DNA of 64,000 nucleotides from an uncultured Bdellovibrionales bacterium (GTDB lineage Bacteria; Patescibacteriota; Minisyncoccia; Moranbacterales; UBA1568): NCBI GenBank assembly GCA_964428075.1, contig CAYRWQ010000001.1, positions 1,806 to 65,805 of the forward strand, read 5' to 3'. Shown piece by piece: positions 39,014 to 48,751 of this stretch (position 1 is its first letter; each line of letters starts with the position of its first letter). The notes under the pieces were generated by a model. It saw only the letters and a program-made list of their open reading frames with translations, ran no database searches and was not told where the DNA came from. The position numbers and the translations under genes were made by a program.

Positions 39014-39949
39014 ATGCAGACTCAAAAAATCATTTCCGGAAATCAACCAGTCGACGAGGTCATTTGTGTCGATATTGGCGGGACCAATCTCCGAGTGGCT
39101 CGCGTCCACCGCAATGGTACTCTCACAGACAAACAGTCCGTTTCGACACCAAAATCTGGTTCTGATGGAAAAGTAGTGAGCGAAGAAATTATCAGACTGA
39201 TTCGAAAAATAGACCGTTCAGAAAAAAGTCACTTGCTTCCTATCAGTATCAGCAGTGCTGGTCCTCTGGATCTCACGCAAGGTATCATCGCTCACTGCCC
39301 CAATATCCCACTTGGACAAGTCCCTCTGGTAAAACCACTCGAAGAAGCTTTCGGACGCCCGGTCTCACTCTTCAAGGATACCCACGCCGCCGTACTAGGA
39401 GAGAAATTTTTTGGAAATGGACAGGATATCGCCAATCTGGTCTATGTAACCATTTCTACCGGTATCGGCGGTGGAGCCATCATAAACAACCGGCTCCTCA
39501 TAGGGCGCAATGGCAATGCCACTGAAATCGGACGTTTCATAGTCTCAGATGACCCATACCACTGGAATACCTGTGCCTCTGGTCAGAATCTACCCCGCAT
39601 TTTCGCACTATTCTGTAAACAAAGAGGTCTATCCTACCATCTCGCCCATGTTACAGCGAAGGATATTTTTGAATCCGCACGAAAACAAGAGCCGACGGCC
39701 CTCCAATTCTTAGAAGAACTCGGGCGTATCAACGGCAATGGCCTCTCCAGTCTCATTGTCGCCTATGAACCAGAGAGGGTCATTTTTGGCGGGAGCGTCT
39801 TCCTACATAACCAAGAATGGATTCTCCCGGCCATGTTGCGCCACGTAGATACCTATCTCCCCACCCCAGATATACACGCAACCAAACTCGGAGATAACGT
39901 ATCCTTACTCGGAGCGGCAGCTGGCATCTTTTTTCATGGGCAATACTAG
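39014..39949 (+). CDS. ROK/ASKHA-family sugar kinase (glucokinase-like)
   Basis: ICVDIGGTNLRVARV phosphate-1 motif, VTISTGIGGGAI; no HTH; ROK Zn motif not evident. Confidence 0.6.
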   Translation: MQTQKIISGNQPVDEVICVDIGGTNLRVARVHRNGTLTDKQSVSTPKSGSDGKVVSEEIIRLIRKIDRSEKSHLLPISISSAGPLDLTQGIIAHCPNIPLGQVPLVKPLEEAFGRPVSLFKDTHAAVLGEKFFGNGQDIANLVYVTISTGIGGGAIINNRLLIGRNGNATEIGRFIVSDDPYHWNTCASGQNLPRIFALFCKQRGLSYHLAHVTAKDIFESARKQEPTALQFLEELGRINGNGLSSLIVAYEPERVIFGGSVFLHNQEWILPAMLRHVDTYLPTPDIHATKLGDNVSLLGAAAGIFFHGQY

Positions 39950-40007
39950 TGCTGATCACACGAAAGAATAGGAACCTTCGTTCTTTCTCTATTTATCGCT
40001 CGTATCA

Positions 40008-40175
40008 CTAGAAAAGACTGTAAATAAATGGGCTCAACACACTACTCCCTCCGAGAATAATGAGCGATCCAACCGCAAGCAACATAATCACTACCGGAGC
40101 CAACCACCAAGCTTTCCGCTCACGAAGAAAAACGAGTAAATCGGCGATAAATGAAGGGTCATGCTCTTCTTTCAT
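40008..40175 (-). CDS. DUF5989 / SxtK-like small membrane protein (55 aa), absent from the supplied ORF track
   Basis: Hand translation of the minus strand: MKEEHDPSFIADLLVFLRERKAWWLAPVVIMLLAVGSLIILGGSSVLSPFIYSLF; the FLxERKxWWLxP...PFIY pattern matches my recollection of the DUF5989 small-protein family that accompanies O-carbamoyltransferases (not checked against a database); ends the minus-strand cassette. Confidence 0.5.
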   Translation of the reverse strand: MKEEHDPSFIADLLVFLRERKAWWLAPVVIMLLAVGSLIILGGSSVLSPFIYSLF

Positions 40176-40194
40176 AAGAAATCAATTATACAGA

Positions 40195-41364
40195 TTATTC
40201 CTGTTTTAAGAACGTCGCTGCTACAAAATCGGACAAATGTTCACCGGCTACCCGACTCGCTTCCACTGACCAATGCCCATGACACACAGGATGCACCACA
40301 ACACCCGTAGCGTCCAAATCTCGCATCCACGGCAAAGCTGAAAGATACGGTATGCGATTCCGATCAGCAAGAGCGGACAGACGTTGTTCTGGTAATTCGG
40401 CATTGAGCTCCACTCCTGGATTCTTCTGCTGGACCTTTTGAAAGGCCGTTTCTGACAACTGTACATCGTTTGAAAGAGAAAACAGAAGGAAAGACGCATC
40501 GTTCGCCTTGGTATCATCACGCATTTTCCGTATCAAAGCTTCAGTAACTTCCCAGGATTGACTCCATGCCTGCGGAACATCAACGAAATAGACTTCCTCG
40601 GAAATATCTTTCACCTGACCTTCCTTTGCCACTGGTGTATGCAAATGAAAGAATGCCAGAAGATTCCGAAAGGTATTCGAATAATTGGAGAGTCGGTAGA
40701 GAAAACGTACCACATGCGAACGCTCAAAGATGAGCGTGCGCAGTGGACTCTGGAATGCCTGGGTATACTCCTGTCGAAGCATGAACGGTGAAAACTCAAG
40801 ACTCTGGTCTTCACGCAAAACCGCATAAGGCATATCCAAACTTTTTTCTAAGTCAAGGGAATTATTGCGAACATCGTTCCCAGAAGTAAACGCAAGAATC
40901 ACCAGATCCGGCGTATATTGAAGCGCATAATCACGAAGTAAATAATACTCTTGTAACGTTCCGAAACCACCAACACCGAAAGCGAGTACTTCAACCGAGT
41001 ATCCACGATCTCGAAGTTGTTGTTCCATCACTTTAAAAAAAGACTGCTCCAAAGAGGATTGCATAGCCTCAACGTATGAATCCCCGATCACAGCAATCCG
41101 ATATACTCCCGTTGGTTTCGGTTTCGTATGGTCAATATCATGCATTCCCTCCTGATTAAACCGTGTCACGGCCCGGATGCACGTATTGTTCTGACGAACA
41201 GTATACTCAGAGAAATGCATTGTGCCCACAACTGGATCCGGACGCAAAAATGCCGGCAGTTGCGGATTAAAAAATCGAAAGTACGATTCCGCTCCCCCAA
41301 AAATAAGTATGCCGAAAAACGAAACGGTAAGTATCCCGAATAACCACTCCCTCCTCCTGTGCAT
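40195..41364 (-). CDS. Exported SGNH/GDSL-family hydrolase or acyltransferase (AlgX/AlgJ/DltD-like)
   Basis: N-terminal TM anchor; blocks IAVIGDSYVEA (GDS), GVGGFG, SGNDVRNN (GxND). Confidence 0.65.
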   Translation of the reverse strand: MHRRREWLFGILTVSFFGILIFGGAESYFRFFNPQLPAFLRPDPVVGTMHFSEYTVRQNNTCIRAVTRFNQEGMHDIDHTKPKPTGVYRIAVIGDSYVEAMQSSLEQSFFKVMEQQLRDRGYSVEVLAFGVGGFGTLQEYYLLRDYALQYTPDLVILAFTSGNDVRNNSLDLEKSLDMPYAVLREDQSLEFSPFMLRQEYTQAFQSPLRTLIFERSHVVRFLYRLSNYSNTFRNLLAFFHLHTPVAKEGQVKDISEEVYFVDVPQAWSQSWEVTEALIRKMRDDTKANDASFLLFSLSNDVQLSETAFQKVQQKNPGVELNAELPEQRLSALADRNRIPYLSALPWMRDLDATGVVVHPVCHGHWSVEASRVAGEHLSDFVAATFLKQE

Positions 41365-41385
41365 ATCTCAATTCCAAATATTGGT

Positions 41386-43146
41386 TTAATCACGCGCTAT
41401 GGATTCACTATCCCATATATCTTGCGTATTTTCCTGTCGATGTATCACATAATGGCCAATAACCAAGGCATCGATACCCGTACCCATCATACAACGATAT
41501 GCGTCCTCCGGGGAACATACGATCGGTTCACCTCGAATATTGAAGGAGGTATTCACGATAATGGGTATACCCGATCCGGCACCGCAGGCCTTAATCAGAT
41601 CATAGTAGAGAGGATTTTGACTCCTCTGCACTGTCTGCAACCGTCCTGATCCGTCTACATGAGTCACGGCGGGTATCCTATTTCGATACTCTGGCCGGAC
41701 AGGATACACCATAAGCATATAATCCGTCGATAATGGTATCGGCGTATCGCACTCAAAATACTCCAGAGCGTCATCTGCACAGACCGCTGGAGCAAATGGA
41801 CGGAACTTCTCTCGATGTTTTACCTTGACATTCAATATCTCCTGCATCTTCGGATCAGTTGCGTTGGAGAGTATGCTCCGAGAACCCAACGCTCGTGGCC
41901 CCCATTCCATACCCGCCTGAAACCAACCCACCACCTGATTCTCCGAAATCAACTTCGCGGTATCGATGATAACCTCAGCATCTGAATGCCATTTCTTGTA
42001 TACCACGTGTTTCGCGTCTAGAAATGACTGGATTTCTTCATCGGAATATGCTGGCCCAAGATATGGGGATTCCAGCGTATACACTCGTTCTTTGTTCAAA
42101 ATACTGTTCCACAAAAAAAGTGCCGCTCCCATACTCGACCCTCCATCCGAAGCATTCGGTTGAATCCAAACTTCCCTAAAAGGAGACTCAGTTAATATTC
42201 TGCCATTAAACACGCTATTCAAAGCAACGCCACCCGCAAGTACCACTCGATCCAATCGGGTGAATGCATGCAAGTGTTTGAGAATAAGAGTCAGCACATC
42301 TTCGGTCAATAACTGGAGAGCGGCGGCGATGTCCTTGTGCCTCTGAGTCATCTCGACATCACGCGGTGCAACCGGACCACCGAGCAAGTCACAGAGTTTC
42401 CGAGAAGGCATACGATCCCCAAAATGAAATGAGAAGTACTCCATGCGCAAACGGAAACTCCCATCCGGCTTCACATCAACAACTTGCTGTAATTTTTTGT
42501 AATAGGGATTCTGCTCCCGAATCATGCAACCACACGGTGCCAGTCCCATCACTTTATACTCAGAATTATTCACGCTAAAACCGAGATACGCAGTGATAGT
42601 CGAGTACAGCAATCCGATAGAATGAGGAAAAGAAATCTCATGTGTCAGCTCGACACTCGTCCCCTGGCCCCTTCCCAATGTCGTCGTCTGCCACTCCCCA
42701 ACACCATCCACGGTCAATATGGCAGCGGTCTCAAAAGGACTCGGTAAAAACGCGGCAGCAGCATGTGACTGATGATGCCCCACAAAAAGAATAGGGCCGG
42801 TATAACCCAGATGCTTCCTCATCATTCTACGCACCCGGAGTTTCTCAGAAAGCCACGACGGCATAGATGCAAGAAAAGTTTTGAGGCTCAAAGGGAACAT
42901 GTGCAAATGCTGAGACAGCACCCGCTCAAACTTCAGAACCGGACGCTCGTAAAACGCTATGTAATCAACATCATCTATACTGATACCGCCTGAACGAAGA
43001 CAAAAAGCAATAGCTTGCGCAGGAAATCCATGATCATGCTTTACACGAGAGAATCGCTCTTCCTCGGCGGCGGCTACCACCATGCCATCCCGTACCAGCG
43101 TGGCCGAGGAGTCGTGATAATAACAGGCGATGCCAAGTATATTCAT
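41386..43146 (-). CDS. NodU/CmcH/TobZ-family O-carbamoyltransferase
   Basis: MNILGIACYYHDSSATLVRDG...AAAEEERFSRVKHD N-terminal ASKHA/Kae1-like domain plus C-terminal YrdC-like carbamoyl-AMP domain; start set at MNILGI. Confidence 0.9.
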   Translation of the reverse strand: MNILGIACYYHDSSATLVRDGMVVAAAEEERFSRVKHDHGFPAQAIAFCLRSGGISIDDVDYIAFYERPVLKFERVLSQHLHMFPLSLKTFLASMPSWLSEKLRVRRMMRKHLGYTGPILFVGHHQSHAAAAFLPSPFETAAILTVDGVGEWQTTTLGRGQGTSVELTHEISFPHSIGLLYSTITAYLGFSVNNSEYKVMGLAPCGCMIREQNPYYKKLQQVVDVKPDGSFRLRMEYFSFHFGDRMPSRKLCDLLGGPVAPRDVEMTQRHKDIAAALQLLTEDVLTLILKHLHAFTRLDRVVLAGGVALNSVFNGRILTESPFREVWIQPNASDGGSSMGAALFLWNSILNKERVYTLESPYLGPAYSDEEIQSFLDAKHVVYKKWHSDAEVIIDTAKLISENQVVGWFQAGMEWGPRALGSRSILSNATDPKMQEILNVKVKHREKFRPFAPAVCADDALEYFECDTPIPLSTDYMLMVYPVRPEYRNRIPAVTHVDGSGRLQTVQRSQNPLYYDLIKACGAGSGIPIIVNTSFNIRGEPIVCSPEDAYRCMMGTGIDALVIGHYVIHRQENTQDIWDSESIARD

Positions 43147-43156
43147 AGACACGCGT

Positions 43157-43396
43157 TTAAAATTGCCGATAATAGCGCCGAAGTTTCTCTGGTACTTCAT
43201 GTTTCTCGACCCAATACGATGTACCACCAAGATCGAGTTCGAGGAATTTTTTCCCCACTATTCTTGCTAGCAGATTCATACTTCCGACACCAAGAACATA
43301 CACCAACGTCAACAAGACCGCATTCACCAGCGCGCTCGTCCGTTCTCCAAAAAACAACATCCCGGCCTTCATACCCGCCAGTAATTCCTTCTTCAT
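43157..43396 (-). CDS. Small membrane protein (possible SxtJ-like fragment)
   Basis: 79 aa, one TM; immediately upstream of carbamoyltransferase; 7 nt from next small ORF in another frame. Confidence 0.4.
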   Translation of the reverse strand: MKKELLAGMKAGMLFFGERTSALVNAVLLTLVYVLGVGSMNLLARIVGKKFLELDLGGTSYWVEKHEVPEKLRRYYRQF

Positions 43397-43403
43397 AAAA
43401 AGT

Positions 43404-43598
43404 TTATTTCAAATATCTCTTTATTGCCGTTCCACACAGATACAATACTCCCGCAGTCAACATACCAGACAAGTAAGAATCGTGACGAAAAAACACAAAA
43501 TACAACGCGGTGCTTAATATAAAATAGGAAAGCAAAAATCCGAGTATCCAACCCGCAGAACTGATTCCCAACTGTTTCCGAATGCTCTTTTCAGACAT
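43404..43598 (-). CDS. Small 2-TM membrane protein (possible SxtJ-like fragment)
   Basis: 64 aa, two hydrophobic helices; heads the carbamoyltransferase cassette. Confidence 0.4.
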   Translation of the reverse strand: MSEKSIRKQLGISSAGWILGFLLSYFILSTALYFVFFRHDSYLSGMLTAGVLYLCGTAIKRYLK

Positions 43599-43620
43599 AC
43601 GTAATGGAGTGATATGTCAC

Positions 43621-45084
43621 TTACCCCTGAATAGAAGGAAAGATTGCTCGAATCTGCTTCCGAAGCACTTCCTGACTCGCACCATTTTTTACGAATTCCT
43701 CCAACTCAGACAATACCTGTTCAATGTTTACTGGACACAATTCGTGACTTTTCAAAGAAAAAATACGACCCGACCGTGTCTGAACCGCATCTTTTTTCTC
43801 GCGTTCAGTATACAGTTCTTCGACCAGCTTCTCACCCTTCCGAAGACCAATAATTCGAATATCTACGTCCTCCTCCGGGATAAGATTCTTCGAACGAATA
43901 AGACAGAGCGCAACTTCATAAATACCGATCAACTCACCCATATTGAGAATACGGATCGTATGCAATCCACCCCGAACTGCACTTTCAATCACCAACGATG
44001 CTGCCTCACGGATCGACATAAAAAAACGTTGCATATCCTTATGCGTCACCATCACATACTTGTACAAAGCTATCTGACGCTCAAACAGAGGAAGCGCCGA
44101 GCCGTTCGAGTTGATGACATTTCCAAAACGCACGATATTAATCTTCATTTTCTTCGGACGAAGGTTTTGAATATAATACTCGCACAACTTCTTGGTTGCA
44201 CCCATGATGCTCGTCGGATGAACCACCTTGTCTGTCGAGATAAAAACGAATAAGGAGACACCATGATTGATCGCCACGTCAATCACACGTTTGGTTCCAA
44301 TCACATTATTGTAAACTGCCTCATCGATATTATCCTGCATAAGATGCACATGCTTATAGGCAGCCGCATGAAACACCACATCTGGCTTGATGTTCGAGAA
44401 TAAGATGTCTAATTTTCTGTTATGCAGGATATTTCCAAGGATCAACTCGCACCGATCACGTACCCCGCGTTCTTTCAACTGCTGCTCAAGAAGAAACAGG
44501 AGATATTCAGAGTTATCATACACAACGACCTTTTTCACCTCCAGGTCGATCAATTGACGAACAATTTCCGACCCAATCGATCCTGCTCCTCCGGTAATAA
44601 AAACCGTTTTCCCGCGATAAAACTCTTTAAACTTAACAATATGTTTATCCAAAAACGGACGACCAAGGAAATCCTCCGCATTCAAATCCTTGACCTCGGA
44701 ATATCTCACTTCGCTGGTACTAATGACGTGTAAACTACGCGGTACAATCCGGATCGGTATGCGATTTGTCATACTCCCCATGAGAACCCGCCGAACCAGC
44801 GCGCCATCAGCTGAAGGAATGGCGATAATCATTTCATCAACCCGGTAAATTTTTACCAGTTTTGAAAGTTCATCGATGTTTCCAAGGTACCGCATTGAGA
44901 GATTTTTCGGGATTCGATCATCGACACATCCAATAACGTGCACACCGGTGACCTCTGAATGGATATTACGCATGAGTAACCGTCCAGCTTTCCCTGCTCC
45001 GATAATCAGAACATTCTTTCCGTTCTCATTTGACATAGCGTTCCAAAACAGACATATTATCCCGATAAAAATCCACCGTCTCAT
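43621..45084 (-). CDS. CapD/PglF/WbpM-like nucleotide-sugar 4,6-dehydratase (Polysacc_synt_2)
   Basis: VLIIGAGKAGRLL first Rossmann, TVFITGGAGSIGSEI second Rossmann, HAAAYKHV (YxxxK). Confidence 0.85.
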   Translation of the reverse strand: MRRWIFIGIICLFWNAMSNENGKNVLIIGAGKAGRLLMRNIHSEVTGVHVIGCVDDRIPKNLSMRYLGNIDELSKLVKIYRVDEMIIAIPSADGALVRRVLMGSMTNRIPIRIVPRSLHVISTSEVRYSEVKDLNAEDFLGRPFLDKHIVKFKEFYRGKTVFITGGAGSIGSEIVRQLIDLEVKKVVVYDNSEYLLFLLEQQLKERGVRDRCELILGNILHNRKLDILFSNIKPDVVFHAAAYKHVHLMQDNIDEAVYNNVIGTKRVIDVAINHGVSLFVFISTDKVVHPTSIMGATKKLCEYYIQNLRPKKMKINIVRFGNVINSNGSALPLFERQIALYKYVMVTHKDMQRFFMSIREAASLVIESAVRGGLHTIRILNMGELIGIYEVALCLIRSKNLIPEEDVDIRIIGLRKGEKLVEELYTEREKKDAVQTRSGRIFSLKSHELCPVNIEQVLSELEEFVKNGASQEVLRKQIRAIFPSIQG

Positions 45085-45883
45085 TCAGTCCCTGTTCCAG
45101 GTCTTTGACAGGTATCTTATCTACCAGCAAACCCGCCGCGCAACGACTCGGTATTGATTCGCTCAAACCGCGATAGGATATATCCAAAACGCTCTTCAAT
45201 ACCCGCGTACTCAGCAGCATGATAAGTGCTTCCAAACTAATGAGTCTTCCTGATCCGATATCATGAATCCCCACGATCTTATGCGCGATGACGTATTCAA
45301 TAAACTGAGGTATGTCTCCGGCATAAACAAAATCCCGAGTCGCTTCCTTATCGTTTATCACGCTCTCCTGATGACTCAGAAAATGATAAATCAAATTACC
45401 CACCAAGCTTCCCTGCCGATAGGGAACCTGATACGGCCCGAAGGTATTGAATAGACGGAGAATGGTGAGTTTTATTCCGTTCTTCCGACAATAGGTCGTA
45501 TAAAACTGCTCAAGCATCTGTTTTCTTCGTCCGTATTCCGAACTCGCATTGACATACACCACCGCGGAAGAAAGCAGGATCAAATGCTGATTGGCATCCA
45601 GACCGATGTTGGCCACCAGTTTTTTTTCTTGTTCCAGAAAAATATCCTCACCCACTTTATGGTCGATCAAGTGGATCACCACATCGCTTCTCTGATCAAG
45701 AGGCACTGCATAAGGATTGGCGAGACAAAACGTATCCTGTCTCTTCTCGAAAAGAGATTGCTCGTCACCGACAGACACGCATCTGTTTCGCTCGGACAAA
45801 TAAGACGCAATGTTCCTGCCAACGAAGCCCTCACCTCCAAGAAGAAGAAATGATTGTTGTGACACATGTCGTCGCATATACAA
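45026..45883 (-). CDS. Short extended-SDR NAD(P)-dependent sugar reductase/epimerase (RmlD/WbpV-like)
   Basis: LLLGGEGFVGRNI Rossmann motif, 285 aa; directly upstream of the CapD-like gene, overlapping by 59 bp. Confidence 0.7.
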   Translation of the reverse strand: MYMRRHVSQQSFLLLGGEGFVGRNIASYLSERNRCVSVGDEQSLFEKRQDTFCLANPYAVPLDQRSDVVIHLIDHKVGEDIFLEQEKKLVANIGLDANQHLILLSSAVVYVNASSEYGRRKQMLEQFYTTYCRKNGIKLTILRLFNTFGPYQVPYRQGSLVGNLIYHFLSHQESVINDKEATRDFVYAGDIPQFIEYVIAHKIVGIHDIGSGRLISLEALIMLLSTRVLKSVLDISYRGLSESIPSRCAAGLLVDKIPVKDLEQGLNETVDFYRDNMSVLERYVK

Positions 45884-46084
45884 AACCCATCACAGGTAAA
45901 TGGCTTGCACCGGCTTCCAGTATAACTGGTTTTTCAGAAAGAGGCGATTCCGCAACACATAAACACCTCAAGCAAAAGGCGAGTCATACAAGATCGATAC
46001 CTTTTTTTGGTCAAATGCCATCACTACACAAGCACCTCATCCCCAGATCATGATACTCGTAAGGCAAAACGCATACCAGAATCC

Positions 46085-46843
46085 TCACAAAGGTTTTTCT
46101 CTTGATTCCGGAATAATCCGGGTAGGATCAGCCGATACGGACTCGATACGCCGCAAACGAATATCGTGCAGCACGCTCTGCTGCTCCGCTATTAGAAAAC
46201 ACTGTTTGATCAACTCAAGAAGAGCCAAAAATGAGATAATAACCTCTGACTTATTCTTTGTGGGAGACAAAAAGACAGAAAACGAGGTTTCTATCCGACT
46301 CGTCAGATGCTGTTGCAAATGGACGATACGATCTTCCAGCGATACCGTTGGCACGACCACCGCTTCAGGAATTTCCTCGTCAATCGGAATGTTCCCGAGA
46401 AGCGAACGGAAATAATGAGCCAAATCATCCCTGGAAACACATTTCGGTGGATAGAAAACCACCCGTGAACCTAAGAAACTCTCTCGAGCGAAGGCTGCCT
46501 GCCGAGCTGAAAATAATGTCCCGAGTGTCAAGGCAGCATCTCGAAAACGCTTATAGTGAAACAATTGCCACTCAAGATTCGCCACCTCTGATTCCTCTTC
46601 TTCGGTAAAAGAGAGAATTGGCAGAAGCGCACGAGACTTAATGAGCAGCAATCGAGAAGCCACCGAGAGAAAAGAGGTGAGATTCTCAAGTGTTACTTGC
46701 CTCTCTTGTGAGAGGTATGCAAGATATTGATCTGTGATCTGTGCCAGACTCACTGTGGTAATATCGAGTTTCTCGCGCTCAATAAGCGAAAGCAATAAGT
46801 CAAGCGGCCCCTCAAAATGTTCAAGTTGGAATCGATAAGTCAT
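46085..46843 (-). CDS. scpA: Segregation and condensation protein A
   Basis: FEGPLDLLLSLIEREKLDITTVSLAQITDQYLAYL canonical ScpA N-terminus, 252 aa. Confidence 0.85.
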   Translation of the reverse strand: MTYRFQLEHFEGPLDLLLSLIEREKLDITTVSLAQITDQYLAYLSQERQVTLENLTSFLSVASRLLLIKSRALLPILSFTEEEESEVANLEWQLFHYKRFRDAALTLGTLFSARQAAFARESFLGSRVVFYPPKCVSRDDLAHYFRSLLGNIPIDEEIPEAVVVPTVSLEDRIVHLQQHLTSRIETSFSVFLSPTKNKSEVIISFLALLELIKQCFLIAEQQSVLHDIRLRRIESVSADPTRIIPESREKPL

Positions 46844-46956
46844 AGAACAAAAAACATTTCACGGACAGGAAAAACCCGGTTAGTCACCCCTAATACACTA
46901 TCTCGATCCCAACCACCATACCATGTTCTTCAAGCACGAAAAAATCACCCGAGAGA

Positions 46957-48198
46957 CTATCCGAGTAATCCTTTCCGCGCTTGATCAAACTCGCTCTCTG
47001 TGTCAGTAAGTCGAAAAATATGGAACAGCGCTATAAACAGCACGACCGATACCGCAAAGAAGACCGAGACTAATGAGAAAAATGCAAGTAACGCCACCGA
47101 AATAATCGCGGCAGCAATATTAGCCAATGGCCGAGCCATGCGAAAAAAAGCAATCATTCTGGTGTCATTTCCATCAATCTGCTTATAGAAATATGAATCG
47201 CGCAGCACTTCAATCGCCGCCACACCCACGCGTGAAAAGAACAGAAGTCCTGCCCATACCAAGAGATTCTTTTCATGATAGAGGGCTATACCAATAGTCG
47301 TCGCAATCGTCAAGAGAAACGCAAGTGCCAGAAATTCTTTCTCTCCAAATCGCTTATCCGCCAATACGCCAACCGGATACTGGATGAACACGAATGGGAG
47401 TAGCATGACCGTAAAGATGAGGCCGATTTCATTCCAATCGAACCCTATCGCCTGGAGATGTAATGCCATATAAATAATCATAACAGAATAGAAAAATTCG
47501 AGCGCGAACGACACAATGAAAATGCGACGTAAATCGGTTGCGTGAGTAAGTGCTTGAAGCGATCGAAATACATCCGTCTTTTGGCGGATAGAATTTCGAT
47601 TTTCAAGGCGGAAGAGCAGTAAGGCAAGAAGGAGTACAACAATGTATCCTACAAACACAATCAAAAAAATCGCCGAATGACCGAAGCGAGAGAGAATATG
47701 CATCGAGAGATATGGTGCCAAAAGAAATCCGATATTCATCACCATGAGGTGCAAGCCACGTATCCGGCCAGAACGTCGATCCTCAGAATATCCTTCCAGT
47801 AACACATCCAATGCCACCCATACCGTATTGGAAAATGCCAGATACGCAATGCCCAGAAAGATTCCAAAAACACTTGACGGAATAACAGGCAAAAGACCAA
47901 TAGCGAGCAAGGCTATACCCAAACAAAACAGCAGGTACCTCACCCTACCAATGCGACCAATAATAGTATCCAGTGAAAGCAAAAGACCGAAATGGATACT
48001 GAACGTAATCAAGTAGACCACACCAACCAATTGCTCGCCAACGATACCGGAAAAATAACTCGACAACACATAAATGATGAAGGCGTCGATAAACCCTAAC
48101 AAAAAAGAAAGCAGGGATATATTAAGAGCTTGCTTCCTATTGTAATGTTCAGTGTGTAAAATAGTAGACGACATATTTTTGCTCATTGTACCGCACAT
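46957..48198 (-). CDS. MFS-type transporter
   Basis: 12 predicted TM helices in 6+6 arrangement with central loop, 413 aa. Confidence 0.6.
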   Translation of the reverse strand: MCGTMSKNMSSTILHTEHYNRKQALNISLLSFLLGFIDAFIIYVLSSYFSGIVGEQLVGVVYLITFSIHFGLLLSLDTIIGRIGRVRYLLFCLGIALLAIGLLPVIPSSVFGIFLGIAYLAFSNTVWVALDVLLEGYSEDRRSGRIRGLHLMVMNIGFLLAPYLSMHILSRFGHSAIFLIVFVGYIVVLLLALLLFRLENRNSIRQKTDVFRSLQALTHATDLRRIFIVSFALEFFYSVMIIYMALHLQAIGFDWNEIGLIFTVMLLPFVFIQYPVGVLADKRFGEKEFLALAFLLTIATTIGIALYHEKNLLVWAGLLFFSRVGVAAIEVLRDSYFYKQIDGNDTRMIAFFRMARPLANIAAAIISVALLAFFSLVSVFFAVSVVLFIALFHIFRLTDTESEFDQARKGLLG

Positions 48199-48223
48199 CT
48201 CTCCTTTCTCACAAGCACAACCA

Positions 48224-48661
48224 TTATTCTACACACCCAGGTTTCAAACCACGTGCCACAGCCTCGTTCGAACTCCGAAAACATAATTTATTGGCTGGTT
48301 TGATGCGCTTGACTACCGCGCACGTCGCTGAATGATAGAGCTTGGAATTTCGACTCGCGACAAACATACAAGATTCTGATGAAGTCTGGCTGACATCCCG
48401 CGATCCTGTTTCAGTGTGTCGTTCCGACTCCACTTTCGCCACATCTCCACCAGCGAGTGTTCCCTGTGTCTCCTGTGTCTCAGGTACCAGTTCGATCCGA
48501 AGTGACCCTTGATTCCTCGAAGCTCCCTGAATCAACCCAGCCTCGAAGGTAAGTGTGCCGACCGCCAATAATCCAACCAGAATCACCAATGCATTCTCGT
48601 GCCTCTTCAACCACTTCCGAACTGATTTCCATATCCGCACCAAAAAAAGATCCCGTTCCAT
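48224..48661 (-). CDS. Membrane-anchored protein with C-terminal Ada-like Zn-binding domain
   Basis: One N-terminal TM; C-terminus FVASRNSKLYHSATCAVVKRIKPANKLCFRSSNEAVARGLKPGC parallels the Ada N-terminal metal-binding fold (FV..YH..C...F....EA...G..PC). Confidence 0.4.
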   Translation of the reverse strand: MERDLFLVRIWKSVRKWLKRHENALVILVGLLAVGTLTFEAGLIQGASRNQGSLRIELVPETQETQGTLAGGDVAKVESERHTETGSRDVSQTSSESCMFVASRNSKLYHSATCAVVKRIKPANKLCFRSSNEAVARGLKPGCVE

Positions 48662-48676
48662 AGTATCAAGAGAATA

Positions 48677-48704
48677 TTGACAGTCCCCAAAAGCATGTTA
48701 TACT
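48677..48704 (+). promoter_or_regulatory. Sigma70-like promoter TTGACA-16-TATACT upstream of rpmA
   Basis: Read directly; about 45 bp upstream of rpmA start. Confidence 0.4.
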
Positions 48705-48751
48705 CTCCCAGTATACTGCACAGATGATAAATACGTAATATCTGAAACACT

